A stretch of 64,000 bases of DNA from the IMG/VR virus record IMGVR_UViG_3300009182_000042, positions 1-64,000 of that record. One strand, given 5' to 3'. This stretch comes from a virus. Shown piece after piece: positions 9,957 to 20,970 of this stretch (positions are counted from its first letter, which is position 1; each line of letters begins with the position of its first letter). Under the pieces are notes generated by a model that was not told the DNA's origin, made no database searches, and saw nothing but the letters and a program-made list of their open reading frames with translations. A program made the position numbers and the translations under genes.

Positions 9957-12095
9957 ATGGCTGTTGGTCGAATTTCAGGTCCGCTCTTAAAGGATAATTT
10001 ACAACGCAACGGTGTAAATTTAGCTTTTGAGACGAACCTTCTTTACTTGGATGTTAACAACAGCCGTATCGGTGTTAATACAACCACGCCCACTAACGAT
10101 TTATCAGTTAACGGAACTACTCGCACTACCAATTTATATATTTCAACCCAAGCCACACTGGCTAATTTAACTATTAGCGGCAGTACAATTTCAAGCTCGG
10201 GTAACATAACTTTTAGTCCAGGCGGCGGCAGTCCTACTGTTTCAATGACTACAGTTAGTCCAGGCAATTTACAGTTGACTGGCAATACAATTAGTTCAAC
10301 CAACACCAACGGCGCAATTAATATCACAGCCAACGGAACGGGTGTAATTAACCTCAACAACAATGTGTTGATCACTGGTAGTTTACATGCCACAGGAACG
10401 ATTACAGCCGACGGAAATATTCAACTTGGCGATGCAACAACCGATACTATTACGTTCACAGGTGAAGTCAACAGTAATATCCTACCATCAACAAACAACA
10501 CTTATACACTGGGTTCTGCCAGTTTACAATGGTCAAATGTTTATACCCAAGGATTAACAACCAGTACTTTTAGTGCTACCACACTAAACACAACAACATT
10601 TAATACTGCTAATCTAACAATATCTGGCAATACTATTAGCGCCAGTACATCCAATACCAATATCAATTTTAACACAACTGGCACCGGTGGTATTGTTTTT
10701 GGTAATTTGAAATTTACCAACAACACTGTTACCAATACAGTGTCTGGTGCAGTTACTAGTTTTACACAAACAGTAAGTTCTGCAAGTTTTACAGGCAGTA
10801 TTGCACCCAGTACTGCTGTCAGTATTGTTGGCAGTACTACGCTGACAACAATGAGTGTTACACAAATACCATTCTGGACTGTGGGCGGCAGTATTGCTCT
10901 TAACGGTAGTTCACAAAATTTAAGTTTTACACCTGGTATCACAATTAACCAGTCTGCATTTACGGCTGAATGTTTCTTTTACATGACTGGCGGAACCACT
11001 GGATTTATATTTGGCGGCAGTACCAACTATGGATTTAGTCTAAAAATAAATTCACTGGCAGGTCCAAATAATATCAGTGTAACACCATACAATCAAGCCA
11101 GTAACAACTACACTGTTCCCACTATCAGTCTTAATACTTGGTATCACATTGCGGTGACTAAAAATAGTTCGGGCGTTGAAACTGTGTTCTTTGGTGGCAC
11201 AAGATCAAGTACTGGTACTATTGCTAATAATTTAAACTATCAGGGCCTAACAACGCTGGTTGGAAGTCAAGCAGGCGCCGGGTATTTCCAAGGAAGTATT
11301 GCCAATATAAGAGTTGTGGTAGGCACAGCAATTTATGATCCAACGGCAAGTACAATTACTGTTCCAACTGTTAATTTAACCAGTGTAGCCAACACAAAAT
11401 TATTACTCACAGCCAGCAATCCAACCACATTTGCTACCGATGCCAGTACAATACAAACAGTTACAAATAACGGAACAACATTTGGGGCATTGACACCATT
11501 CCAAGGTGGTACACCTTCAATCATTACCGGTATGGCATTGACTGGCGGCGGATTGGTTGCTGGTACATATGTTACTAGTAACATCAGTGGCTCTGGAACA
11601 AGCAGTACCAGCAGTTGGGGAATAAATATTTCACAATCAGTTTCAAGTACAACTCTTACTGGTACTCCGATAATCCTCACAGTCACAGGCACACCTACAG
11701 GAACTATCCTTAATGGCATGTCTATCAGCGGTGGATCGGGCGGTAACACGATCCTAGCAGGATCAGTAATTGCATCGTTGGGAACAGGATCAGGCGCCGC
11801 TGGCACATATTATGTGTCACCAAGTCAAACCATTACTTCAATCACTATTTCAGGAACACTGGCAGGTTATGCTCAATTTAGTGGAAACAGTGGTGTGGTC
11901 ATTCCTGTGGGATCAAACAGCAATAGACCCAGTACCCTGTACTCGGAAGTTGGAATGATTAGATACAATACTGATCAACAGTATGTGGAAGTGTATAATG
12001 GATCAAGTTGGTCCAGCGTTGCGGGCAGTAGCACAGGTGTTACCACAGCAACAGCAAACAGTTTAGGAGCTGGTCTAGCACTGGCATTAGGATAA
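9957..12095 (+). CDS. Tail fibre protein with a LamG/concanavalin A-like lectin domain
   Basis: FTAECFFY...LNTWYHIAVT...YFQGSIANIRV...TKLLL pattern of LamG-like domains; same termini as 8766. Confidence 0.78.
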   Translation: MAVGRISGPLLKDNLQRNGVNLAFETNLLYLDVNNSRIGVNTTTPTNDLSVNGTTRTTNLYISTQATLANLTISGSTISSSGNITFSPGGGSPTVSMTTVSPGNLQLTGNTISSTNTNGAINITANGTGVINLNNNVLITGSLHATGTITADGNIQLGDATTDTITFTGEVNSNILPSTNNTYTLGSASLQWSNVYTQGLTTSTFSATTLNTTTFNTANLTISGNTISASTSNTNINFNTTGTGGIVFGNLKFTNNTVTNTVSGAVTSFTQTVSSASFTGSIAPSTAVSIVGSTTLTTMSVTQIPFWTVGGSIALNGSSQNLSFTPGITINQSAFTAECFFYMTGGTTGFIFGGSTNYGFSLKINSLAGPNNISVTPYNQASNNYTVPTISLNTWYHIAVTKNSSGVETVFFGGTRSSTGTIANNLNYQGLTTLVGSQAGAGYFQGSIANIRVVVGTAIYDPTASTITVPTVNLTSVANTKLLLTASNPTTFATDASTIQTVTNNGTTFGALTPFQGGTPSIITGMALTGGGLVAGTYVTSNISGSGTSSTSSWGINISQSVSSTTLTGTPIILTVTGTPTGTILNGMSISGGSGGNTILAGSVIASLGTGSGAAGTYYVSPSQTITSITISGTLAGYAQFSGNSGVVIPVGSNSNRPSTLYSEVGMIRYNTDQQYVEVYNGSSWSSVAGSSTGVTTATANSLGAGLALALG

Positions 12096-12098
12096 TAA

Positions 12099-12431
12099 AT
12101 GGCAACCGTATTTAAAAATGTACTCTTATCAGGATTGGGCACAACGCCTACTACTGTGTTGACTTCAAATGGTAGTGCTACCACTACAGTGATTGGTATG
12201 AGTTTATCTAATACCACACCTGATATTGTTCAGGCAAACATACAAATTCAAGATACCGTGGCCAGCACCAGCGCATACTATGTGTATGGACTAACTATTC
12301 CGCCTAACAGCAGTGCTAGAGTAGTATCGGGTGGTGAAAAATTAAATCTTGGCCCGCTAACCAATGTAATCATGACCAGTAACACAGCTACTAGTTTAGA
12401 TTTGGTTATGAGTTGGGTAGAGATATCATAA
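12099..12431 (+). CDS. Small virion structural protein
   Basis: MATVFKN...IPPNSS...GEKLNL...VMSWVEIS; paralogue of 7356 and 33337. Confidence 0.72.
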   Translation: MATVFKNVLLSGLGTTPTTVLTSNGSATTTVIGMSLSNTTPDIVQANIQIQDTVASTSAYYVYGLTIPPNSSARVVSGGEKLNLGPLTNVIMTSNTATSLDLVMSWVEIS

Positions 12432-12446
12432 AGGATAATTACTATT

Positions 12447-12827
12447 ATGGCATATACAATTGGCTCAGAAATTAATTTAAACGACAGTCTCGGCGAAGGA
12501 AATGCTCGATATTTCCTAGCACTACAACGACTAGACGATGGTACACTTTATTTTTACAAAGTAGATCAAGTGGCCAGCAAAACTACTATTGCAGTAAATG
12601 CACCAGGCCCAAATGCCTTGAATTTTGAAAATTTTGAATACGGTGTTGACTTTTTTGACGGAAGATTGGCTACAGATCATTCTCGACCATATCCAAATTT
12701 AGTATTTGATCAGTATCGATGGGACAGCAAAGACTGTTACTATTACATTGATTCGCAGGGAAATTTAGTAGTAAGAGTAAATCAAGCATACACTTACTCT
12801 GGCTCACAGATTGTAGTAGTAGGTTAA
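12447..12827 (+). CDS. Hypothetical structural protein
   Basis: 126-aa ORF with an SD in the structural operon; ends YYYIDSQGNLVVRVNQ. Confidence 0.65.
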   Translation: MAYTIGSEINLNDSLGEGNARYFLALQRLDDGTLYFYKVDQVASKTTIAVNAPGPNALNFENFEYGVDFFDGRLATDHSRPYPNLVFDQYRWDSKDCYYYIDSQGNLVVRVNQAYTYSGSQIVVVG

Positions 12828-12842
12828 TAGGAAAAATATACA

Positions 12843-15800
12843 ATGGCACAAGAATTTAAAATTGGACGATTACGCTTTGAATGGAGCGGCCCATGGACTA
12901 CTAATTATGAGTATGCAAAAGACGATATTGTCAGCTATCAAGGCAAAACGTATGCCGCACTAGTAGCCAACCGATCCGATGCCACAAGTTTTTATAACGA
13001 CATTGCCAAATGGAGTTTAATACTAGACGGTAAAACTTTTAAAGGTGCATGGACTACCAGTACTTTTTATAGTCAAGGAAATATTATAATTTTTGGAGGC
13101 ATTGTGTATTATTGCACAGTTCCCCATACCAGTACAGTATTTGCCAGCCAACCAGGCTACTGGAGTGTGTACACTCAAAGTATAAATTTACGTCAAGCAT
13201 GGGCGACTAACACAGCATATGGCATCAATGATGTTGTCACATACGGTGGCATCGTTTATACTTGTTTGACAGCACACACCAGCTCTGGAACATCATTGTT
13301 AGGTCTTGAAGCGGATCAAAGCAAATGGTCCATATTAGATAATGGAGTAAGTTATACCGGAGTATGGTTACCTAACACGAGATACAAACTGAATGACATT
13401 GCTACCATTAACGGCAATACTTATATTTGTACAGGTTATCATACCAGTGGTGCAATATTTAACAACAGTTATTTTTCTTCTTTCATACCAGATCAGCAGT
13501 TTTTAGGCACTTATTCAGCGTCGTATTCTTATCACGTGAGTGATGTTGTTACATATGGTGGTAACATCTATACAAGTAACAGTTTTGTCAATATAGGCAA
13601 CACGCCCAGCACGGATTCGGGTACCAATTGGTCATTGCTGACTCCTGGGGCAACCCCACCAACGGACTGGAATTCTGTCACGGCATATCCTGTTGGATCA
13701 GTAGTGAGACGCAACGGCAGATTATTTCAAGCTACAGCTGACAACAATATAACACTGTCCAGTCCTCAGGATCCAGTGGTTAGCAGTTCAACAACCTATA
13801 CATCAGCAGGCAGTAGCGGTACCACATTTGTTGTTGCAAGTACTGCTGGCGCAAGTGCTGGATCGTTTGTACTGGGTGTAGGATTTACTCTAGGACAAAC
13901 TGTAGTATCAGTCACCAACAGTACCACACTGGTACTGAGTGCGGCTCCAGATGGATCACCAGTTAACGGACAAGCAATTGTTTTTACAGGGGTCAATCCC
14001 ACTTATTGGAAATTATTAGTTCCTGAAACATTTTTTGCAGGACGTTGGACTCTGGGACAGACATATCAACCAGGTGATTTAGTAGTTTATAACAACAGAA
14101 CATACAGTGCCATTCAGCAGGGTGTTGCTAGTAATGCAAATAGACCAGATATTGATGTAGCATCAAGTCCGTCACTCTACTGGATCATAGCCATTGACCA
14201 TTTTAGAAAAAATGCCAGTAGCAATCTTGGTGATATAACAACTTATAACAACAACAATTACACTGCTATTCCAGTTGGCACTGCTGGATATATTTTACGA
14301 GCCAACAACACTTTACCAGCATGGGCAGAATTTTCTGCTGTTTCAAATATTTTATATGTGTCAGTGTCTACCGGTGTTGATGCCGCAGGTTACGGTAACA
14401 GTGTAGACAGACCGTTGAGATCTATTGCCTATGCAGCCAATCTAGCTACCAACGGATTGTTTAATCCCAATGCTGTTAGACTATTGACGCAAAATAAAGA
14501 CTGGATAAGAGCAGAAATGTTGGCTTGGACCACCTATCAAATCAACAACAACATTAGTCCGTACACAACCAGTTACGTGTTTGACAGTGTTAAAACTGCA
14601 AGAGATCTTGGATATATCATAGATGCATTAATCTATGACCTAGGTCGCGGAGGCAACAGTCAAACCATATCAACTGCATTGGCATATTTTGCTTTCGGTA
14701 GTACTAGTACATTTTTTAACGCCGCTGTAACAGCAGATATGCCATATTATTTGCCTATTCTGACTTACTTTAACAGTTTGATATCCAGTACAATCAATCA
14801 ATCTGCACCAGCCGCAAACTATCAGGTGCTGAATAATGCCAGTGCAACTTTTAAACAATATCAAGTTACTGGTCTAACTTCTGCAGAAGTTGGTGCTTCA
14901 GGTACAGTGACAGTGTTGCTGAATTACCTAATTAATGCATTAACTATTGCTTCTGCTAGCCAGTTACCAACTCCTAATCAAGGAAAATCAGTATCTATAT
15001 TTGTAAAAACAGGAACATATTTTGAAACATTGCCCATCCTTGTACCAGCCAATTGCAGTATTGTGGGAGACGATTTACGCAGTGTAACTGTGGGACCAAG
15101 AACAAGTATAACATCCGTAGTTACATCGTCTAACGGTGTAACAAATTTAATCACAGTGAACAGCACCACAGGTGCTAGCGGTACTACAATTGCAGATCAG
15201 ATGCCAGTACAATTTATCCCCAATGCCACAGCAGTGCCCAACACTGTTATAACTGTTGTAGGCGGACTAACTGCTGGACAGACTTATTATATTAACGGCC
15301 CTACAATTACTAGCAATTCGTTTGGTCTTGTAAATAGCCCTACTACTGTTTTTACAGGAACACTTACCAATCTTAGCACAACTATATCAGATGTCAGCAG
15401 TGTATATAATTTGGTTGTGGGCAACACCATAACTGGTGTTGGTATTCCTGTGGGAACTACTATTTCTAGCATAGTACCTGGCTCTGCACCCGGCTATAAT
15501 GTATCTTTCAACTATATAACAATCAGCCAGGCAGCCACTGTTACAAACTCAAATGTATCAATTACTTCACGTGGCACGCCAGTCGTAGTGACAACAAGTA
15601 CAGTAAGTTGCACTATGATAGCAGGTGATCAAGTCAGCAACATGTTCTTGTTGAGAAACGGTACCAGTTTACGAAATATGACTGTGGTTGGTTTGAACGG
15701 CACGTACTTGGCCGCTGATAGTAACGGTATACAGCGACCAAGTGGCGGCGCTTATACTAGTTTGGATCCAGGACTGGGACCAAACGATACCAAGGCATGG

Positions 15801-18800
15801 ATTTTGGCTCGTAGCCCTTATGTGCAAAACGTTACTACATTTGGTAATAGTGCTGTGGGATTAAAAATTGATGGAACTCTGCACAACGGCGGCAACAAAT
15901 CCATAGTAGCAAATGATTTTACACAAGTTATACAAGACGGTATAGGTGTATGGTGCACAGGCCCTAGCTCATTGACTGAATGTGTGAGTGTGTTTTCCTA
16001 CTATGCCTACACAGCGTATTTGGCAGAGGCAGGTGGCCGTATTCGTGCTACCAATGGAAACAGCAGTTACGGTTACTACGGTGTTATCGCAACTGGTTTT
16101 GACACTACAGAAACTCCTATCAGCGGAGTAGTGTTTAATCAATCACAACAAAGTCAGGCCAGTGTTCAAAGCAGCCTGGGTGTGACCGCACAAATTGTCA
16201 AATTAAACTACAGCAATGCTGGATCAAACTATCTAACACCGGTAACAAATTTGTTACAACAAAGTAACAGTTTTGTAAATAGCCCATGGGGTAGTGACAG
16301 CAATATAACATTTGACCAGATATTTACAGCTCCTCTAACACCCAATACTAAAGCATGGTATATGATTGGTAATACTCCTGCCGGAACTGCTTTTGTTTTT
16401 CAAAATGTATCAGTTAGTGCGAAAGGTGCAACGTACACAGCTTTAAATATTTCAACCAGTACCGGAGTGGGTATAGGAGCGACAGCCAATGTGACTATAA
16501 GTGCCACCGGTTACAGTGTTACGATCGTTAATGGCGGTTCGGGATATTTTCCAGGAGATCAATTGTTCATTGCTGGACTGGTGTTGGGCGGAAGAACTCC
16601 AGCTAACAACTGTGTTATAACAGTAAACACTGTTTCGGGAACTTCGGTATCAAGTGTTGTTGTGGCAGGCACTGTTCCAGTTGGTAATGCATTACCATAC
16701 ACGGCCAGCATTTACATATATCAAGGTACTGCTACCCAGATAGATTTACAAATGATATTCTCTGGGTCTAGTTCAATGACCAGTGCTGTGAATTATAATT
16801 TTGCTTCGGGAGTAGTGACACCAAGCTCAACAGGCGGCGGCTATACTCCAACCCAATACGGAGCACAAGTCACGTCATCTCCTGGTTGGTATAGACTGTG
16901 GTTTACAGCATACGATGCCAGCGGATTAAATACATCAATTCAGTATAGATTATATCCTAAAGGATTTAACGGCGCTGCCGGACAGTATACCTATTTGTAT
17001 GGCGCACAGTTAGAACAATCGAGAGTTCCTGCCAGTGTGGTTGTAACTACTCCATGGACTGCATCTACCACTGTGACTGTTAACACTTATCTAACATTTA
17101 GAGGAAATGTGTATCAAGTGACCACAGCTGGCACTACTGGTGCCGGTGGTCCAACATTTGTTGTAGGATCAGCTACGGACGGAACTGTTACTGAAGCATA
17201 TGTGGGTAGTTATACTCCTGGCTTCTTCCATGAACAACTATCCACTACATTCACTGCATATGCAAACTATGAAGTTGCTGGATCGGGAATAGATGCCTAT
17301 TTGTTAGGCGACGAAATTAGATCCAGCAGTGTGTTTCAAACAGTTGTTTATACTGGCGGTTCAGGATACTTGACAGCCAGCAACAATGCTCAAGGCGGAA
17401 CATCACAATATGTAACGTTGGCCGCGTCGGATGTCAATACTTCTGGTAATTATATTGGTATGAGAGCTTTTATCTTGGCAGGTACAGGCGCAGGTCAATA
17501 CGGGTATATAGGTTACTATAATGCTTCTTTAAAACAGGCCATTGTATTAAGAGAAAACTTTGTTTCTCCTCCAGTAGTCAGTACCACAGCAGGTACAAAT
17601 ATCTTTACGCTAGTCTTTTACAAACTGGCAAATAATTTTTATATTGATATGCCGGTAATGTTTACACCGACCTATTATTCAACAACAGCAACATCTACTT
17701 CTCTGGCTCAAACATCATGTACACAAGTAACCGGCGGTATTGTTAATACTATCACGGTTGCAAGTTCGTTGGGCATGTATATCAACATGCCCATGTTGTT
17801 TACTGGAACTACATTTGGCGGCATTACACCTAACTTCACATATTATGTTTACTCTATTATTGACAGTGGCACAATTCAAATAACATCTACTTTATTTGGA
17901 TCAGTACAACAGTTGAATACTGCATCGGGCTCAATGACTCTTAATTTTAGTTCGGCAACCAGTTATGTGCAGGCACCAACAGCAAACATGGTGCCAAACT
18001 ATCCTATCCAGTTTACTGGATCTGCTCTTGGGGGAATTAGTGTAGGTAACACATATTATATTTGTGATATTATCGATGCAAATAATTTTACTATATCTGC
18101 TAGCACTAGCAATATTACAGTCACACAGACAGCATCTACCACCAATACACTTACCACCAGTAGTACAGCATCGTTGGTAATTTTAAATCCAATTCTATTC
18201 ACTGCACCTACCATATCCGGTTCGGGTATCACTGATGGTGTTGAATATTGGATCAGCTCTATCGTGGATATCAATACATTTACCATAGCTTCTTCAATTA
18301 TTCAACAAAGAGTAATACAAACTAGCAGTGCTACCAATCAAATCACCATAGCACCTAGCTCTGTTGGTACTGGTTCGTTTGTGATAGGTCAGGCAATAAT
18401 ATTTTCAGGAAATAATTTTGGACAACTACAATCTGAAACAGTTTATTACATTTCAACAGTGAACAGTGCAACAACATTCACAGTAAGCCAATCACCGGGC
18501 GGCGGCACATACGGACTAAGCGATGCCACTGGTAATATGATTTCTAGAACTTGTCCCGCACCGCTTGCATTAAACAACACAACCGGCAGCATGATTGGCT
18601 CAACAACTAGTAAAAAATTGTCGTTATCACTAGGACTGGGTTCTATGAATGGACAGTTCAGTACTGCATTATTTGGCGGAGTTGTAGCAGGACAAATTTA
18701 TTATATCAATAATATTATCAATGCAGGTGCTGGCGCAACATTCCAAGTGTCAACGCTACCCACAACTAGTGGCGGTACACCTATAACATTGTTAACTAAA

Positions 18801-20939
18801 ACAGGATCAATGAGCCTGTCTCAAGTGGGTTGGGATCATGTTACTCCGGCAACACCGATCCTTCCAAGTCTAGACTCCACAACTGTTTACTTCATAGAAC
18901 CCAGAATAACATTCTCAGTACCAGAATTTTACCAAACAGCGGCAACAAGCCCAGTTACCATAACTGGATACAATTGGTCTGCCATGGCGTTTGGCTCAGG
19001 AACATGGGTGGCTATACCAAGTGGCGGCAACATTTCTAGTTATAGTCTAGACGGATCTACCTGGGTCAGCGCCACATTACCGATAGCTTCCACATGGAGT
19101 TGTATTACCTATGGCAACGGATATTTCGTTGCGTTAAGCAGTTCAACTACAACAGGAATATATTCTAACAGTAATGGATTGGGCTGGCGCACATTCACTA
19201 TGCCAAGCAATGTTCCTTATAGTAGTATCGCATATTCAAATGGCACATTTGTAGCAATTGCATCGGGATACAACACTGTGGCATACACATCTAACTTTGT
19301 AAGAGGTGCTGTTTCTTTCACTTCAGCAACATTGCCTAGTTCTAGTGCATGGACAAATTTAGCCGTGGGAATATGCCAGGTAGCGGGTGTACAAAGTACA
19401 ATTTTTGTAACTTTGATCACTGGCAGCAATACAGGAGCCTATAGTACGACCTTTGGTGCAACATGGTTAACAATGACATTGCCCGCAACCGGCGCTTGGT
19501 CGGGTGTTGCTTTTGGAAATAATAGATTTGTAGCAATATCAAGTGTATCAACAACATCTCCGATTTACAGTTTTGATGGTATCAACTGGTATCAAACGCC
19601 TCTGGCAGCCTCTGGCACCCGAATTACCTATGGACAAGGTTTGTTCTTGGTTCTCACATCTGGAAGTACAACTTCTTACACTAGTGAAAACGGATACGAC
19701 TGGGGTGTAAAAACTGTGACTGGTGACAGCTACAGTGCCAGCGCATTTGGCCTAAACACATCCGGTGCCGGCTTGTTTGTAACGTTGGCTGGAACAGGAA
19801 TAGGTAGTCGAATCAGTGCTGGTGTTAGAGCAAAAGGCAGGGTAGGCGTTGCTTCTAATTCGATAACCAATATCAGTATGTTTGAACCAGGTTCTGGATA
19901 TGTAACAGGAGTAAACGGTGCGTTTACTCTACCAACAGTTGAAATAACAGATCCTAATGTAACCAGTTTAGCTACTCAAACACCACGAGTTGGCAACGGT
20001 GTGTTGGGCAATCCTAGTTTCTATAACAAAGGAAAGAACTATAACACAACAACAACCAGCGTGTTAATTACAGGAAACGGATTTGCAGACACCTTTCAAA
20101 CGGGATATAATCTTGTTCTCAATAACATAACTGCGTTGCCAAGCCCGGGTGCCAACTTGACCATAACTGGAAATACTGGTGTTTATAAAGTTACCAGTGC
20201 TACTGCGATTTACGGTACCACTGCTCCAAATTTGGAAGTGAATGTGGCTATCAATCCTGCTCTTAGCATACTTGAAAGTCCTGCGAACGGCACCAATGTG
20301 CAAATACGTGTCAAGTACAGTCAGGCAAGATTGACCAATCATGATTTCTTAAATATTGGATTTGGAGATCTAGTAGAATCAAATTATCCTCTACAGATAC
20401 CACAACCCGGATATAGCAATTTGCTTAACAATCAAACTATTGAAGCCAACTATGGTCGTGTGTTCTTTACAAGTACGGATCAAGACGGTAACTTCAAGGT
20501 AGGTAACTTGTTTGGTGTACAACAGGCTACTGGTATTATTACATTGAGTGCAAGTCAATTTGGATTGTCAGGATTGAGTAGTTTGTCATTGGGTGGTATT
20601 GCATTGGGATCTTCCAGTGTGGTCATTACACAATTCAGTACAGATTCTTCATTCACATCAAATAGTGATGGTATAATACCAACACAACGAGCAATTAGAT
20701 CATACTTGTCAAGTCGCTTGAGTCAGGGTGGTGCAAACACATTCACTGGGCAAATAACAGCAGGTACGGTAGTAGTCGGCGGCCCAAATTACATCAGATC
20801 TAGCATTCCAGCGGGACAAGCAGGATCTTCGGTAAATGTGCAAAGCAAGATGTATATAAATGCTAATGGAGTAGACGGCAATATAGTAGCCCTACATTAC
20901 TTCATACGTTGGGGTGCGCATCGCACTTTCACGCAATAA
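12843..20939 (+). CDS. Giant tail fibre/baseplate structural protein (2698 aa)
   Basis: N-terminal W..xT.Y..[GN]D.V.Y.G..Y repeats (CBM5/12-like), a pectin-lyase-like beta-helix segment, W..[MI]A[FY]G.G.[FW]VA propeller-like repeats and a YSQARLTNHDFL C-terminal block. Confidence 0.8.
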   Translation: MAQEFKIGRLRFEWSGPWTTNYEYAKDDIVSYQGKTYAALVANRSDATSFYNDIAKWSLILDGKTFKGAWTTSTFYSQGNIIIFGGIVYYCTVPHTSTVFASQPGYWSVYTQSINLRQAWATNTAYGINDVVTYGGIVYTCLTAHTSSGTSLLGLEADQSKWSILDNGVSYTGVWLPNTRYKLNDIATINGNTYICTGYHTSGAIFNNSYFSSFIPDQQFLGTYSASYSYHVSDVVTYGGNIYTSNSFVNIGNTPSTDSGTNWSLLTPGATPPTDWNSVTAYPVGSVVRRNGRLFQATADNNITLSSPQDPVVSSSTTYTSAGSSGTTFVVASTAGASAGSFVLGVGFTLGQTVVSVTNSTTLVLSAAPDGSPVNGQAIVFTGVNPTYWKLLVPETFFAGRWTLGQTYQPGDLVVYNNRTYSAIQQGVASNANRPDIDVASSPSLYWIIAIDHFRKNASSNLGDITTYNNNNYTAIPVGTAGYILRANNTLPAWAEFSAVSNILYVSVSTGVDAAGYGNSVDRPLRSIAYAANLATNGLFNPNAVRLLTQNKDWIRAEMLAWTTYQINNNISPYTTSYVFDSVKTARDLGYIIDALIYDLGRGGNSQTISTALAYFAFGSTSTFFNAAVTADMPYYLPILTYFNSLISSTINQSAPAANYQVLNNASATFKQYQVTGLTSAEVGASGTVTVLLNYLINALTIASASQLPTPNQGKSVSIFVKTGTYFETLPILVPANCSIVGDDLRSVTVGPRTSITSVVTSSNGVTNLITVNSTTGASGTTIADQMPVQFIPNATAVPNTVITVVGGLTAGQTYYINGPTITSNSFGLVNSPTTVFTGTLTNLSTTISDVSSVYNLVVGNTITGVGIPVGTTISSIVPGSAPGYNVSFNYITISQAATVTNSNVSITSRGTPVVVTTSTVSCTMIAGDQVSNMFLLRNGTSLRNMTVVGLNGTYLAADSNGIQRPSGGAYTSLDPGLGPNDTKAWILARSPYVQNVTTFGNSAVGLKIDGTLHNGGNKSIVANDFTQVIQDGIGVWCTGPSSLTECVSVFSYYAYTAYLAEAGGRIRATNGNSSYGYYGVIATGFDTTETPISGVVFNQSQQSQASVQSSLGVTAQIVKLNYSNAGSNYLTPVTNLLQQSNSFVNSPWGSDSNITFDQIFTAPLTPNTKAWYMIGNTPAGTAFVFQNVSVSAKGATYTALNISTSTGVGIGATANVTISATGYSVTIVNGGSGYFPGDQLFIAGLVLGGRTPANNCVITVNTVSGTSVSSVVVAGTVPVGNALPYTASIYIYQGTATQIDLQMIFSGSSSMTSAVNYNFASGVVTPSSTGGGYTPTQYGAQVTSSPGWYRLWFTAYDASGLNTSIQYRLYPKGFNGAAGQYTYLYGAQLEQSRVPASVVVTTPWTASTTVTVNTYLTFRGNVYQVTTAGTTGAGGPTFVVGSATDGTVTEAYVGSYTPGFFHEQLSTTFTAYANYEVAGSGIDAYLLGDEIRSSSVFQTVVYTGGSGYLTASNNAQGGTSQYVTLAASDVNTSGNYIGMRAFILAGTGAGQYGYIGYYNASLKQAIVLRENFVSPPVVSTTAGTNIFTLVFYKLANNFYIDMPVMFTPTYYSTTATSTSLAQTSCTQVTGGIVNTITVASSLGMYINMPMLFTGTTFGGITPNFTYYVYSIIDSGTIQITSTLFGSVQQLNTASGSMTLNFSSATSYVQAPTANMVPNYPIQFTGSALGGISVGNTYYICDIIDANNFTISASTSNITVTQTASTTNTLTTSSTASLVILNPILFTAPTISGSGITDGVEYWISSIVDINTFTIASSIIQQRVIQTSSATNQITIAPSSVGTGSFVIGQAIIFSGNNFGQLQSETVYYISTVNSATTFTVSQSPGGGTYGLSDATGNMISRTCPAPLALNNTTGSMIGSTTSKKLSLSLGLGSMNGQFSTALFGGVVAGQIYYINNIINAGAGATFQVSTLPTTSGGTPITLLTKTGSMSLSQVGWDHVTPATPILPSLDSTTVYFIEPRITFSVPEFYQTAATSPVTITGYNWSAMAFGSGTWVAIPSGGNISSYSLDGSTWVSATLPIASTWSCITYGNGYFVALSSSTTTGIYSNSNGLGWRTFTMPSNVPYSSIAYSNGTFVAIASGYNTVAYTSNFVRGAVSFTSATLPSSSAWTNLAVGICQVAGVQSTIFVTLITGSNTGAYSTTFGATWLTMTLPATGAWSGVAFGNNRFVAISSVSTTSPIYSFDGINWYQTPLAASGTRITYGQGLFLVLTSGSTTSYTSENGYDWGVKTVTGDSYSASAFGLNTSGAGLFVTLAGTGIGSRISAGVRAKGRVGVASNSITNISMFEPGSGYVTGVNGAFTLPTVEITDPNVTSLATQTPRVGNGVLGNPSFYNKGKNYNTTTTSVLITGNGFADTFQTGYNLVLNNITALPSPGANLTITGNTGVYKVTSATAIYGTTAPNLEVNVAINPALSILESPANGTNVQIRVKYSQARLTNHDFLNIGFGDLVESNYPLQIPQPGYSNLLNNQTIEANYGRVFFTSTDQDGNFKVGNLFGVQQATGIITLSASQFGLSGLSSLSLGGIALGSSSVVITQFSTDSSFTSNSDGIIPTQRAIRSYLSSRLSQGGANTFTGQITAGTVVVGGPNYIRSSIPAGQAGSSVNVQSKMYINANGVDGNIVALHYFIRWGAHRTFTQ

Positions 20940-20941
20940 GA

Positions 20942-20947
20942 TAAATA
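20942..20947 (+). promoter_or_regulatory. Putative late promoter (TAAATA)
   Basis: Lies in the 31-nt gap before the 4114-aa gene. Confidence 0.6.
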
Positions 20948-20970
20948 TTAATAGACCAGAGGAATAAAAA